Part shown: in pieces, positions 9,346-18,848 of the stretch
How the letters are laid out: the number at the start of each line of letters is the position of its first letter
Numbering within the stretch: the stretch's first letter is position 1
IMG/VR virus record: IMGVR_UViG_3300027914_001343
Span: 64,001-128,000 of that record
DNA: 64,000 bases
From: a virus
Taxonomy: Duplodnaviria; Caudoviricetes
Direction: 5' to 3' (one strand)
Notes under the pieces: model-generated
The model's database searches: none
Told to the model about the DNA's origin: nothing
Seen by the model: only the letters and a program-made list of their open reading frames with translations
Program-made: the position numbers and the translations under genes

Positions 9346-10839
9346 TTAATAAGTCGGGACCAATTCTCGCAATCTTGCTGCCTTGCGCGGATCGTAATCA
9401 TTAGGCGAAGAACTAGTTAGCCAATGAGCGATTGTTTGCGCTACCGGTTTTGGGATAGCAAGGTTATTGGTCACCTCTCGCGGTTTATCAAGCCCAAAAA
9501 CAGACTTGTGTGGTGCGAGAGCCTCGAGAGCTTCCGCAGTAAAGCTATCGAGACTTAACGTGAAGTTGATTTGGTCGCCATCAAAGTCAGCGTTCATCCC
9601 TTTTACTGTAATAATGCTAATTGACACAGTCGGGATTTCAGTAGCTGGCTTTACCTTCGTAATGAAGACAGCCTGAGCTGAAGCACGCTCAAGCGATGGA
9701 TTACGCTGCATCACAGCAGGAATCCCAATTCCTGGTGCTTCTGCAATCAACTCCTTGAACAACTCATCCAAAATAGGATGGTACTGCTGGGAATTAAACT
9801 TCAGGAAACCAATCGCTTCATTCGGCGTAAAGCCGCGACTGATAAGCTTGTTGATCAAATGAATCCGCAAAACACTCACCCCGATACCCCAGGGGATGTG
9901 GATCTCGCGGTAAAAGTGGTCATCCGTGAGAGAGGAAATCACGGCTCGGAAACTGAAATGCGCCCGAGAACCAAACACATGCTTTCGGAAAACACCTGGC
10001 TTCTTAGCGAAAGTTGTCTTGTAGATACCTTCGTAGAATTCAGCCAGCTGCATGACAGCACGAACTACGCGATTTTGTTTCGTGTGCAAACTTACAGGAG
10101 TGTCACCTGTGTCGATACCCACTAACATCCGGATACCATCAACAGCGCCTGCGATGATTGGGTCTGCGTAAGGACCCATGTTACTTTCCTCGAGAATCAG
10201 CAGTGCTTTATTAGGCACTGGGAGATATGACGAGAAAACTGCATTGCGTTGTGTGCGCAGAAGTGTACTAAGATCTTCTTCTACACCAAACGGGCAGTCT
10301 TTGTTACGCAAGGCACGGATGTTAAACAGAATATCCATTACCTCATCGAAGTTTTCCACAAAACTGTTATACGAGCGCCGGATACCGGCTTCACGCATTT
10401 TCGCTTCAAGTTCAGGCAGGAAAGGCGCAGGTTTCACTGGAGCTTTGTAACTGGTGTCACACATCCAGCGCACTGTTTCAAAACCAGAGCGCGTGAAACG
10501 TTGCTTCAACATCAGCCATACGTGTGGATTCATGAGTTTTTCAACTCCTTCAGGAGCTCTCAACCAAACGAGAGGTTCCAGATCCTTTTCGAGTTTTGGC
10601 TCGACAGGTCTTCCACATTCAGGACAAATAATGCCTTCCTTGTGTTTACCTTTGGTGACTCCACAATAGCACGAGGGCATATTGTTCAAAACGTCACCAC
10701 TGAACGACGAATAAATCAAGTCATTCAACATGCGCTTTTGTTCATCAGTGATTTCGACGTAATCATTTACGATTACCGGTTCTATCGTCTTCTGATGGAA
10801 CGTATCGTCATAACTGATCAGCTCTTGGTAAATACCCAT
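9346..10839 (-). CDS. Non-virion RNA polymerase beta' N-terminal subunit (phiKZ gp55-like), uninterrupted
   Basis: Catalytic NADFDGD; zinc ribbon (SCYCG...CPECG); KKPGVFRKHVFGSR and QRNPSL motifs. Confidence 0.92.
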   Translation of the reverse strand: MGIYQELISYDDTFHQKTIEPVIVNDYVEITDEQKRMLNDLIYSSFSGDVLNNMPSCYCGVTKGKHKEGIICPECGRPVEPKLEKDLEPLVWLRAPEGVEKLMNPHVWLMLKQRFTRSGFETVRWMCDTSYKAPVKPAPFLPELEAKMREAGIRRSYNSFVENFDEVMDILFNIRALRNKDCPFGVEEDLSTLLRTQRNAVFSSYLPVPNKALLILEESNMGPYADPIIAGAVDGIRMLVGIDTGDTPVSLHTKQNRVVRAVMQLAEFYEGIYKTTFAKKPGVFRKHVFGSRAHFSFRAVISSLTDDHFYREIHIPWGIGVSVLRIHLINKLISRGFTPNEAIGFLKFNSQQYHPILDELFKELIAEAPGIGIPAVMQRNPSLERASAQAVFITKVKPATEIPTVSISIITVKGMNADFDGDQINFTLSLDSFTAEALEALAPHKSVFGLDKPREVTNNLAIPKPVAQTIAHWLTSSSPNDYDPRKAARLRELVPTY

Positions 10840-10860
10840 TTGCTTTCCTCCGCCAGTTTT

Positions 10861-10900
10861 AAGGGAAAAAAAGAAAGGGGACCGAAGCCCCCTTTCTCTT
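10861..10900 (-). terminator. Intrinsic terminator after chmA
   Basis: AGAAAGGGG/CCCCTTTCT stem with TTCG-containing loop and U-tract on the minus strand. Confidence 0.8.
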
Positions 10901-10928
10901 ACTGCTTAGCCGTTAGGCAAGCCCCTTA

Positions 10929-12851
10929 TCAGCGGCTGTAGTGACGGCCGTTGTAAACACCGAAGGTACGGGAAGCACCACCGCGACCGAAGTTGTTGCT
11001 GAAGACGCCGGACGGAGTCGAGCTCATCATCATGTTGCGGGCGAAGCTGCTGGTGGAACGCTGAGTGCCTTGGATGTCGCCGAAGTTCTGGACCAGAGGA
11101 GCATGGAACTTCGAAGCCGCGAACGCCTGAGCGATTGCACCCATCTGCACCGGGTTGAAGGTAATGCGACGCTGCCAGCCTTCGAAGACGGCGGACGGGC
11201 ACAGATGCTGGATGATCTGGCGACGACGGCTCAGGTGCACCTTCACGTCGTTCGTTTCGTTCACCATGGTTTCGCTGAATTCAGCGATGGTTTCCGGATT
11301 GCGATCGCCGGTCAGGTTCGCTACCGCGAGGTAGTCGAAGTGCGCCAGAGACTTCTTGGTGCCGTCACTGAAATGGCCCTTGTAGATACGGGCGGTTTCC
11401 AGTGCAATTGGCTGGGTCGGGTCGTAGAACTTGCTGAAGTTGCCACCGGTCAGTGCATCCATGGAAGCCACGAAGTATTCGACGGCGTCCGGACGGTTTT
11501 GAGCCAGCGGGATCAGCAGACCGGACATCCAGGATTGCGGACCAACTTCATCCACATCGGCCTGGATAACCAGACCCGGATGCATGAAGGCCGAAACCAG
11601 GTTCACCAGTTCGTTCGGCTGCACGTTCAGAGCAGAACCCCAACCATTCGGGTTCTTTTCCAGGTTGGCTTCGTAACCGATGCCGCCGATGTCATGCATG
11701 TCGGAACCATTCATGCTGCGCGGCAGGAACGCACGCACCCAGTTGTTGTTGTCGGACAGGACGTTCACGCTGGCCAGGGCCAGGAGATAGGCATTGAACG
11801 AAGCAGCATCTTCGGTATCCAGCCGGGTAATCACGAAGGACGGCAGGTACAGTTGGGTCGGGATCTGGGTATTCGGCGCTTGCAGCTGGTACGGATTGGA
11901 CGGTTCTGCAGCCGGGCTCCAGATCAGATCCATGTAACCGTACAGTGCAGTGATGCGCTTCATGCGATCAGCGGCGATACCGGTAGTGTTCTGGTTCTTC
12001 GGACGAGCGTAGAGCTCAACACAAACATCACCACGAACAGCAGAGCCGACTTCATCGAAGACATCGTCATTGCCGAAGGTGATGCGTGTGGACAGCGTGG
12101 CATCTTCCTTGGCATCCAGGATGCAAACATCCGGCTCACCGGCGACCTGCGAAATGGCGACGTGAATGGAAGCCAGGGCATTGGCGGCGGTAGAACGAGT
12201 GAGGTCGTCATCGGCGAAGTTGTAGTCGGCCGGGATCACGCAAGCATCGCAATCCAGGAAACCGGCGTTCTGGAAGTTCGCCATGAAGGTTTCGAAGATC
12301 ACTTCACGCATTGCGTCGTCGTAGGCATCGGACGCGAACTGCGGGATTTCAACTTGCTGACCATTGATGGTCTCGACCTTGGCAGCAAAGGCTTGGGTGG
12401 AGCCAGCCAGCAGCAGGGTGTGGACGCCGACGCCCAGTTCCGGTTCTTGTACACGGAAAGCAGCAACCATAACAGCCGAGATTGCGATGCGGCTGTTATT
12501 GTTCATGTCGATCGGGATCAGGCGAATTTCGTAATCCGGGGAAGCAGACTCGTACTGCTTCTTCAGGGCAGCCATCATCTTGACGACGGCTTCGCCAGAG
12601 GTGTTGCGGGACAGCGGAGCAGTGGTGGAACGGCAGCCGCTGATGAAGGAATGCTGGTGACGTTGTTGCATTTTAACTTCCTTGTTTTTGGGTTGTTGTT
12701 TGGTTTGGGAAACAGCTTCTTGTGCGGCTGCCGTACTTGCGGCACGCACACGGTTTTTCTGACTGGCTGCAAGCTTGGAGGCTACACCAGCATTCGCCAT
12801 TGCCGAAGCCATAGCGGTTTGTTCTTTTCCATCTTTACTGTGATCAATCAT
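10929..12851 (-). CDS. chmA: Chimallin, the major phage-nucleus shell protein (phiKZ gp54-like)
   Basis: 640 aa with strong codon bias; directly upstream of nvRNAP beta' and divergent from the gp52-like gene next to DNA polymerase (canonical chmA locus); extended N- and C-tails; early-promoter-like motif upstream. Confidence 0.85.
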   Translation of the reverse strand: MIDHSKDGKEQTAMASAMANAGVASKLAASQKNRVRAASTAAAQEAVSQTKQQPKNKEVKMQQRHQHSFISGCRSTTAPLSRNTSGEAVVKMMAALKKQYESASPDYEIRLIPIDMNNNSRIAISAVMVAAFRVQEPELGVGVHTLLLAGSTQAFAAKVETINGQQVEIPQFASDAYDDAMREVIFETFMANFQNAGFLDCDACVIPADYNFADDDLTRSTAANALASIHVAISQVAGEPDVCILDAKEDATLSTRITFGNDDVFDEVGSAVRGDVCVELYARPKNQNTTGIAADRMKRITALYGYMDLIWSPAAEPSNPYQLQAPNTQIPTQLYLPSFVITRLDTEDAASFNAYLLALASVNVLSDNNNWVRAFLPRSMNGSDMHDIGGIGYEANLEKNPNGWGSALNVQPNELVNLVSAFMHPGLVIQADVDEVGPQSWMSGLLIPLAQNRPDAVEYFVASMDALTGGNFSKFYDPTQPIALETARIYKGHFSDGTKKSLAHFDYLAVANLTGDRNPETIAEFSETMVNETNDVKVHLSRRRQIIQHLCPSAVFEGWQRRITFNPVQMGAIAQAFAASKFHAPLVQNFGDIQGTQRSTSSFARNMMMSSTPSGVFSNNFGRGGASRTFGVYNGRHYSR

Positions 12852-12922
12852 TTTGCTTTTTTTTCCCTTGTTTATACACTACGTAGTGTACAGTTAAACG
12901 AAACACGATTCCCTGTACACCA

Positions 12923-12947
12923 TTGTGATATAGGTCTAAAAATATTT
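12923..12947 (-). promoter_or_regulatory. Early (virion RNAP) promoter for chmA
   Basis: Minus strand reads AAATATTTTTAGACCTATATCACAA; TATATCAC resembles the phiKZ early TATATTAC; near-identical copy at 42351-42374. Confidence 0.7.
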
Positions 12948-13120
12948 GGAATCTGTGACTAGACATTATACCCCCTGCACTTACACAGGGCTACCGTGTA
13001 AGCACGAAAGTAACCAATGGCTATTCTCTATAGGATAAGGTACTATCCAGTAAAAAAATATTGGGTACTAGAGTCGGACCTAATTTTATAGTCAAACATT
13101 CAACAAGTTCGGGTGCGAGC

Positions 13121-14227
13121 ATGCTAAATTTATTTAACCTCTATCCGGATCTTAACGTTCCTATGCTGTACCCACAGAACTGGAATACTGTCAGACCGCA
13201 GTTGCGCCAGAACCTTGGGACGTTAATTCGATTCTACCGGAAAAATCCAATGGCTGTTAAGAGCGACCACTTTTTAGTTCGGTTGCTCCAGTCCATTACA
13301 GTTCCAAAATCACAACCTACAACTAGGTATTATGAGAACGTTAGTGCTATCTCACTTAATCTGTCAATGGCGTTAAAATTAACTTCTTCTATTTATCCAG
13401 GTCATGTTTTTAAAGGTGTGTTTTATGGGACAGGCACAACAGAAATTCTGATTGCTCATGACGAAAGTTTTGATCCAGTGGAAGCAGATAAGAACTGGAA
13501 GAACCTTTGTCCTGTGCGTGTATTACGGCATCCTCGTTCTGATCTAGGACTGAACCTTCCTGATGGTCATGCTACTGGTTCTGAAACTGGTTTGGCGGTT
13601 ATAGCTATCAATATTACGATGCTTGCAATTCAGTACAGAGGTTTTCGTAATGAAGAAACAAAGATAGCTGAAGTTACACACGAAAACCAGCGTTCAATAA
13701 TGCAGTTTATCCACATGTACGTTTTGCCGAACATGGTCCTTAGTCAAACCGATGTCGCACTTATCAATAGAGTGCTTCGACATGTCGAAGGCGCACCGCT
13801 CGGTGAAAGCTATAAAGGTCATTCTTTCTTTCTTTCTGATTATACCAAAAAGACTGACGATGTGATCGAAGTGGTTATTGAAAACCTGCGTAAGACTAAA
13901 AGAACCTTTACTGGTATTCTTAGGAATATTCCTGTTATCACTAAAGACACAGCTGAAACAGTGATGAATATTCCAGACATGGCACCTACTAAACAAGTGG
14001 TATGGGCTTTAGCTACAGCGGTACTACCGGAAATCAAGCTAATGCTTTTGCTCTCGGAAGAAAATGCCAAGAACAGGAACCAGCAAGAAATCAACAAGAT
14101 TCTTCGCGCTATTTTGAAGTATGAAAACAACAACTTCTTTGAGTCAGTTTTACCTAGGGATACACTTTACGAAGTTAGTAAAGAGATCCAGGAAATTGTT
14201 GGTATCATCGAGCATGCGGAACGCTAG
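13121..14227 (+). CDS. Conserved protein (phiKZ gp52-like)
   Basis: 368 aa from ATG 13121; PVRVLRHPRSDL and QFIHMYVLPNM; between chmA and DNA polymerase. Confidence 0.65.
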   Translation: MLNLFNLYPDLNVPMLYPQNWNTVRPQLRQNLGTLIRFYRKNPMAVKSDHFLVRLLQSITVPKSQPTTRYYENVSAISLNLSMALKLTSSIYPGHVFKGVFYGTGTTEILIAHDESFDPVEADKNWKNLCPVRVLRHPRSDLGLNLPDGHATGSETGLAVIAINITMLAIQYRGFRNEETKIAEVTHENQRSIMQFIHMYVLPNMVLSQTDVALINRVLRHVEGAPLGESYKGHSFFLSDYTKKTDDVIEVVIENLRKTKRTFTGILRNIPVITKDTAETVMNIPDMAPTKQVVWALATAVLPEIKLMLLLSEENAKNRNQQEINKILRAILKYENNNFFESVLPRDTLYEVSKEIQEIVGIIEHAER

Positions 14228-14229
14228 GA

Positions 14230-14262
14230 CATATTGGCCAGGCTTTCGCCTGGCCTTTATGC
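14230..14262. terminator. Bidirectional hairpin terminator, repeat family GGCCAGGC-N4-GCCTGGCC
   Basis: CATATT-GGCCAGGC-TTTC-GCCTGGCC-TTTATGC between convergent genes. Confidence 0.85.
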
Positions 14263-14264
14263 TG

Positions 14265-16418
14265 TTAATACTGGTCAGACACCAACCGCGTCAGTTTATC
14301 GTTGGAACAATAATACCCGAGTGTTTCAAGGATCAGATAGAAAACAGAGCAGGTATCAGCCACAATCTTTCTAACGTTCATAGCTGACAATACTTCTGTT
14401 GGAATACCATTTTGCAAAATAGCTTGCTCAGGTAATTGCAAGAGCCCAATGTATTTCTTGTTGTACTTTTGCATCCACGCAGCCATACGGTTAGCCAGAT
14501 CTCGATCCTCCAAACTATCCAGCCAGGTTTTGGTCTTGCTCGGCGTATCAAGATCGGTGGCGAACTTCAGACACATATACGGCGGTTCTTGAATACTACC
14601 GTACTTAGGAGAGAACACATCTTCCCACATCGAGTAGAAAATGTAATTTGACTCCATAGGTCCCTTAGTGTAAGAAGCTGCTTGTTTAATCTGGCCCTTA
14701 CGGAAATACTCAGAACCTCCATTACGGATATCAGAATACACACTACGTTCGATATCGGCAACACGAGTGAGCATTGCTTTCAGACTGATCTTCTTACCAG
14801 CAATAACGTCGTTCATGATATCGGTCATCATTGTGGTTGCTTGTTCCATGATTCGGACAGGTGCATTAGAAGACTTCAGGTGAACGCCCTTGATCTCCTT
14901 TTTGTACTTGTCAAACAAATTACCTTCTTGGCAACCGATCAACGCAAAATAATGTTTAGCTACCTGCGTAGGAACGAAGACGTCAAACTTGAATTCGTTC
15001 TTCATGGCTATCTGATGGATACGTGCGTTCTCGATACCAAAGTTGGCTGACATTCGTGCCAACAAATGGATAATAGACTGAGCCGATAACCAAATCATTG
15101 CAGCTGCTACTGAATTAGCTTCTTGGTCAAACTTGATGCTACCACAATACCACTCCACCCAGTCTTGCACAGTAAAGATAGTAGAGTCAGTGTCTGACGT
15201 AAGCGCAGCGTGGCGGATGCTTTCAGGAAAGTAGGCAACCGAAGCAGGCATGTTATCAGTAACCCAGAACGCTTTGATAAGCAATCCAAATTCTTTAACA
15301 GTATCTGCAATACCCAGAGCAGTGAGAGCTACGTTGGCACGAGCTTCATCCGTTGCGTTCTTACCGTCGTCAGCCATACCAGGAATAACGTATAAACGTT
15401 TACCTTTCATATCTGGCGAACATATCTGCACAGCAAGATGTACATTATCTTCCGGCTGGGCTTTTAGGACTGCTACGGCATTCTCAATCTCACCTGTCTT
15501 ATAGGAAGAGATACCCTTGATGAATTTACCGACAAGTTCTGGATTGAGCTGCTTCAGGTGGTACAGATCGCCCACATATACAAAAGCTGCGCGCTGGATT
15601 GGTGTCAGGCGTTCTACCAGCTTTTTGATCCGCATCATGCGGTCACGGCTGCGCCAATATTTCTTCGTAGAGAACTTGATGCATTCCATCACTTCGTCCA
15701 CTACAGGGTATTTAATCCCATAGACGTCGATAGCTTGTTGGATCATCTCGTAATCAACATTGTTAATAATAGAAACGATGTTGTACTCAACGATGTCAGG
15801 AGACCAGTAATGTCTATTCCCGCTAAGGAACTTTTCATTATTGGCGTTACCGTAACCGGATGTTGACCGGCAATTGGATGTTAACGTACTGTGCGCAGTT
15901 CGGTTGTACAGCGGCGTTGATGGGGAGACGTGCGCACCAGAGATTGCGTTATTGCCAAGCTTTCTGTTGTTCTGTTCATTCTTCTTAATCGAATACAGAA
16001 CAACATCTTTTGCCATCTCAGCAGCAAACATTGCCTTCTTAGCTACGCCCCGCGCCTTCACGTTACCATCGATGTAGTTTACGAGAAGAGATTGAATTTT
16101 GTGTGGCGGAATGTACGTAGTCAAAGTAGGTGCTATGAGCTCCTGATTTTCCAAAGCATCTTGCAGGTATTGACCTAGCGTTCCTTCTTTCTTCACGCGG
16201 TCACCATTGTCTTCCCGTTCCAAGTAAATAATCCTCGGGTCTCTGAAGGGAAAACGACCGTCCTTTGAGATTGCATGTTCTACAAAAGCTCTGCATTCTT
16301 CAATAGGCTTATTTGTCATTGCGCTCAAATAAGTAGCAGCATCTCTCTTGTAAAACTCAAAGATCCTAAGATCCCGGCGGTATTCGTTCTTTTCGAGTAC
16401 GAATGGGTTTGCTTCCAT
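14265..16418 (-). CDS. Family B DNA polymerase, polymerase-domain subunit (phiKZ gp50-like)
   Basis: Motif C LTSDTDSTIF; motif B-like KLGNNAISG; KHYFA and EIKGVHL; ATG 16418 with GGAGG. Confidence 0.88.
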   Translation of the reverse strand: MEANPFVLEKNEYRRDLRIFEFYKRDAATYLSAMTNKPIEECRAFVEHAISKDGRFPFRDPRIIYLEREDNGDRVKKEGTLGQYLQDALENQELIAPTLTTYIPPHKIQSLLVNYIDGNVKARGVAKKAMFAAEMAKDVVLYSIKKNEQNNRKLGNNAISGAHVSPSTPLYNRTAHSTLTSNCRSTSGYGNANNEKFLSGNRHYWSPDIVEYNIVSIINNVDYEMIQQAIDVYGIKYPVVDEVMECIKFSTKKYWRSRDRMMRIKKLVERLTPIQRAAFVYVGDLYHLKQLNPELVGKFIKGISSYKTGEIENAVAVLKAQPEDNVHLAVQICSPDMKGKRLYVIPGMADDGKNATDEARANVALTALGIADTVKEFGLLIKAFWVTDNMPASVAYFPESIRHAALTSDTDSTIFTVQDWVEWYCGSIKFDQEANSVAAAMIWLSAQSIIHLLARMSANFGIENARIHQIAMKNEFKFDVFVPTQVAKHYFALIGCQEGNLFDKYKKEIKGVHLKSSNAPVRIMEQATTMMTDIMNDVIAGKKISLKAMLTRVADIERSVYSDIRNGGSEYFRKGQIKQAASYTKGPMESNYIFYSMWEDVFSPKYGSIQEPPYMCLKFATDLDTPSKTKTWLDSLEDRDLANRMAAWMQKYNKKYIGLLQLPEQAILQNGIPTEVLSAMNVRKIVADTCSVFYLILETLGYYCSNDKLTRLVSDQY

Positions 16419-16480
16419 TAAGAACCTCCGTTTGTCTAATGGCAAAAGATAACTGAGGCCAATAAAAAAAAAAAGCGGCA

Positions 16481-16519
16481 TAAAAAAGAAAAAGGTCGAG
16501 GGGATGGCAGTCCCCTCGA
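16481..16519 (-). terminator. Intrinsic terminator ending the ncRNA candidate
   Basis: TCGAGGGGA-CTGCCA-TCCCCTCGA then CCTTTTTCTTTTTTATGCC on the minus strand. Confidence 0.85.
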
Positions 16520-16821
16520 AATAACTCACAAATAGAGCAGAGCAAAAAGTTTCCAATAAGAAAACAACCATGAGGGACCATCAATAAATTCAGTAGAGAC
16601 AGCGGCTGATTCACCCAGGCCGAGCTTCATGGCGGGGTGCGGGAATCAGCCAGCTCAAGGCGAATGCGGTATTGGGAAAACAAGGAAACCCAATTTAGCA
16701 CAAATCGAATGAACCAGCCGCGTCAACCAGGCAACGTCCGCTCAAAGGAGGAAAGCGGAAAGTTAGAGTAGCTGCCAGAGCCAAGCTGCGTACTCATTGC
16801 AAAGATCCTGGTGTTCTCTGC
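16483..16821 (-). ncRNA. Candidate ~340-nt structured non-coding RNA with anti-RBS loops
   Basis: No credible gene. TATG late-type start at 16824-16821; 5' GCAGAG complementary to CTCTGC near the 3' end; stems at 16604-16651, 16671-16694 and 16737-16759; own terminator at 16496-16519. Confidence 0.6.
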
Positions 16822-16851
16822 ATATTATTAGTAACAACACAATAAAAAAAA

Positions 16852-17250
16852 TTATTTTAACGCTATTGTGTAATCGTTGTACCCACCAACAGCGCAGAAA
16901 TTCTTGAAGCGCTGGATATCATCAGCAACTGCATTTTTGACAACAAGAGTCAGAGTTTGGGCACCCAGCTGGACGATCGTTTCTGTCTTGATCCATGGCA
17001 GTCCGATGATACGTGTGTTGCCGTTTTGGAAGCGCACTTTTACATAGTCGTAACTATAAGGATCATCTTCTACTGTGTCTTTCGACAAGTAAGTATAGAC
17101 TTGAGCATGGCGAGCCACAATATCGATTTGTTCTGCTGCTGCTTCGGGGTCCAAAATAGAGACCACGGTGACACCAGCAAATTCATCCCCGATAATTGCA
17201 GTAGGGTAGATGCTAAAGTTGTATGTCTTCCGTAATTCGAGTGTGCTCAT
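16852..17250 (-). CDS. Conserved hypothetical protein (phiKZ gp49-like)
   Basis: 132 aa; YNFSIYPTAIIG, DDPYSYDY and IIGLPWI motifs; GAGG RBS. Confidence 0.7.
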   Translation of the reverse strand: MSTLELRKTYNFSIYPTAIIGDEFAGVTVVSILDPEAAAEQIDIVARHAQVYTYLSKDTVEDDPYSYDYVKVRFQNGNTRIIGLPWIKTETIVQLGAQTLTLVVKNAVADDIQRFKNFCAVGGYNDYTIALK

Positions 17251-17257
17251 CTTAACC

Positions 17258-17635
17258 TCAAAATGGTAAAAGCAAAATATCATTCCCATGCATTTTTGAG
17301 TACGTGTATGGCATTACCAACTCTTGCTCATCATCATAAACAAAAATATCCAGGCGTTCAATTTCGCAAAAAATAAACATGCCAAAAGACTGTACTAGGT
17401 CCCTGACACGCGGTAGCGTGTCAGGTGTTGGCCTAGTTTTCATACGATGCAGTTCTGGCAGGGTTTTGACATAACAACTAAATGCGGCTGGGTCTGCTGT
17501 AATGCCTGTAAAAATCTGCATTATAATTTCTTCAGCATCACTCTCTTCAATTCCAGCTAACTCTTTCAAACTATTCTTTAAGAAACTTACTCTGGCTGAT
17601 GTGTCTAACAAAATACATGGTTTCATGGTAGCCAC
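17258..17635 (-). CDS. Hypothetical protein, member of putative paralogue array
   Basis: 125 aa, overlaps the upstream gene, GGAG RBS. Confidence 0.7.
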   Translation of the reverse strand: MATMKPCILLDTSARVSFLKNSLKELAGIEESDAEEIIMQIFTGITADPAAFSCYVKTLPELHRMKTRPTPDTLPRVRDLVQSFGMFIFCEIERLDIFVYDDEQELVMPYTYSKMHGNDILLLPF

Positions 17636-18027
17636 TCCAGTTTATCTTCCCTCAGGACGAGTATGTCAGACTGACTGGCGTGGTACTCAAACTTAACCAT
17701 GCCTGCTTTACCGGCGTCCTTATAAAACCCAAGTGCGTCGAATTGTCTAGACAGTTCAAAACCTAGACTGAGCGTGACGTCGAATACCTTTTCAGATTCC
17801 TCAGCTGTTAAGGTATTAATTCCGAACAATCCATCACCATAAGCCATCTCATCGCAGACGTCGACCAAATAGTCCTTCCTGGATTCTTCATCACACAGCC
17901 TAAGCGGTTCAATTAAAGAATCCAGTGCGGCATCTACGTCAAGGGAAGGAAAGGAAACATTGTTAGCCAGATCTCGTAAATTCTGAATGAGGTCTGGCGC
18001 GTCCATTACAATGTACTTGGGCGACAT
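17623..18027 (-). CDS. Hypothetical protein, member of putative paralogue array
   Basis: 134 aa, AAGGA RBS, overlapping neighbours. Confidence 0.7.
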   Translation of the reverse strand: MSPKYIVMDAPDLIQNLRDLANNVSFPSLDVDAALDSLIEPLRLCDEESRKDYLVDVCDEMAYGDGLFGINTLTAEESEKVFDVTLSLGFELSRQFDALGFYKDAGKAGMVKFEYHASQSDILVLREDKLEWLP

Positions 18028-18452
18028 CGAATGTTCCTTTTCCTAATTTCACAATCAACTGCCACATCGTCACCAATCCAAAAAACTTCTTTGTTGGTTG
18101 CAGTCGGATTATTGCCTTGAAACAGTTCATCCAGCATTGCATGTATCTGACGTTCAATGGACTCAATCATGAATTCCAAACGCCCTACGTTGTTGAGGTA
18201 TTCTTCAACAGTAATGTCGCACCCATCAACGGCGTTCTCGTAGAGTCTTAAAACGTAGTCACTTGCTGCTGAACGACTTACTACTTTACCTCTTGGCTCA
18301 AGGATACTTTGGACATGTCCATAAGTCGGGTCTACGTAACTAAGGACGCATTCACGAACTATATCGCGTACATCTCCTTCCAGAAATGATACATCATCTT
18401 TAATAGGCGAAATCTCTTTCACCATCTCAGCAGTAGGAATTAAAAGCAGCAT
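18006..18452 (-). CDS. Hypothetical protein, member of putative paralogue array
   Basis: 148 aa, tightly packed operon. Confidence 0.7.
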   Translation of the reverse strand: MLLLIPTAEMVKEISPIKDDVSFLEGDVRDIVRECVLSYVDPTYGHVQSILEPRGKVVSRSAASDYVLRLYENAVDGCDITVEEYLNNVGRLEFMIESIERQIHAMLDELFQGNNPTATNKEVFWIGDDVAVDCEIRKRNIRCRPSTL

Positions 18453-18461
18453 CCTGGTTCC

Positions 18462-18848
18462 TCAGTACTTTACGGCCGTCAGTACAATGTCGTTATTGGG
18501 ACCACAGACATCAGCTTCGAGGCTGTCGTTATTACCAAACTCAGTAGCTGGTAACATACTCCCAATTTCAGATGCCAATGCATTGTAAGTTTTGATAGCC
18601 AACAATGAGGCGCTTTCTGCACTGAAACCTTTCCTTAGCAGATAATTCTCAGGACCTTCTTTGTTATCGTCACGCAGAACTTCATTAAGCACGATTCTAA
18701 CAAATTCGACTGGGTCGATAGGGCAATAATCCTCAGAGTTTTCCTGGAGCTTCAGGAAAGGATGGTCTGACATTAATAACCGTCTGGCTTCCTGTGCAAC
18801 GAAATTAACAACCTCGTCACACGGAAGCAAGGCTTGTTTTATGCTCAT
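18462..18848 (-). CDS. Hypothetical protein, member of putative paralogue array
   Basis: 128 aa, ATGA overlap with the upstream gene. Confidence 0.7.
   Translation of the reverse strand: MSIKQALLPCDEVVNFVAQEARRLLMSDHPFLKLQENSEDYCPIDPVEFVRIVLNEVLRDDNKEGPENYLLRKGFSAESASLLAIKTYNALASEIGSMLPATEFGNNDSLEADVCGPNNDIVLTAVKY

Noticed and set aside
10941-12962. 673-aa plus-strand ORF antisense to chmA; similar long antisense ORFs over phuZ (20471-21532), sheath/tube (34124-35491, 36248-37219) and 39741-40763
   Set aside because: Expected shadow ORFs of strongly codon-biased genes; no RBS or recognisable motifs.
16419-16571. N-terminal extension of DNA polymerase in the ORF track, and ORF 16366-16614
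   Set aside because: Runs through a terminator and T-tracts; ATG 16418 has the clear RBS.
16570-16587. Plus-strand mini-ORF MRDHQ with an A-rich leader inside the ncRNA candidate
   Set aside because: Five codons, no SD, and the terminator polarity favours the minus strand.
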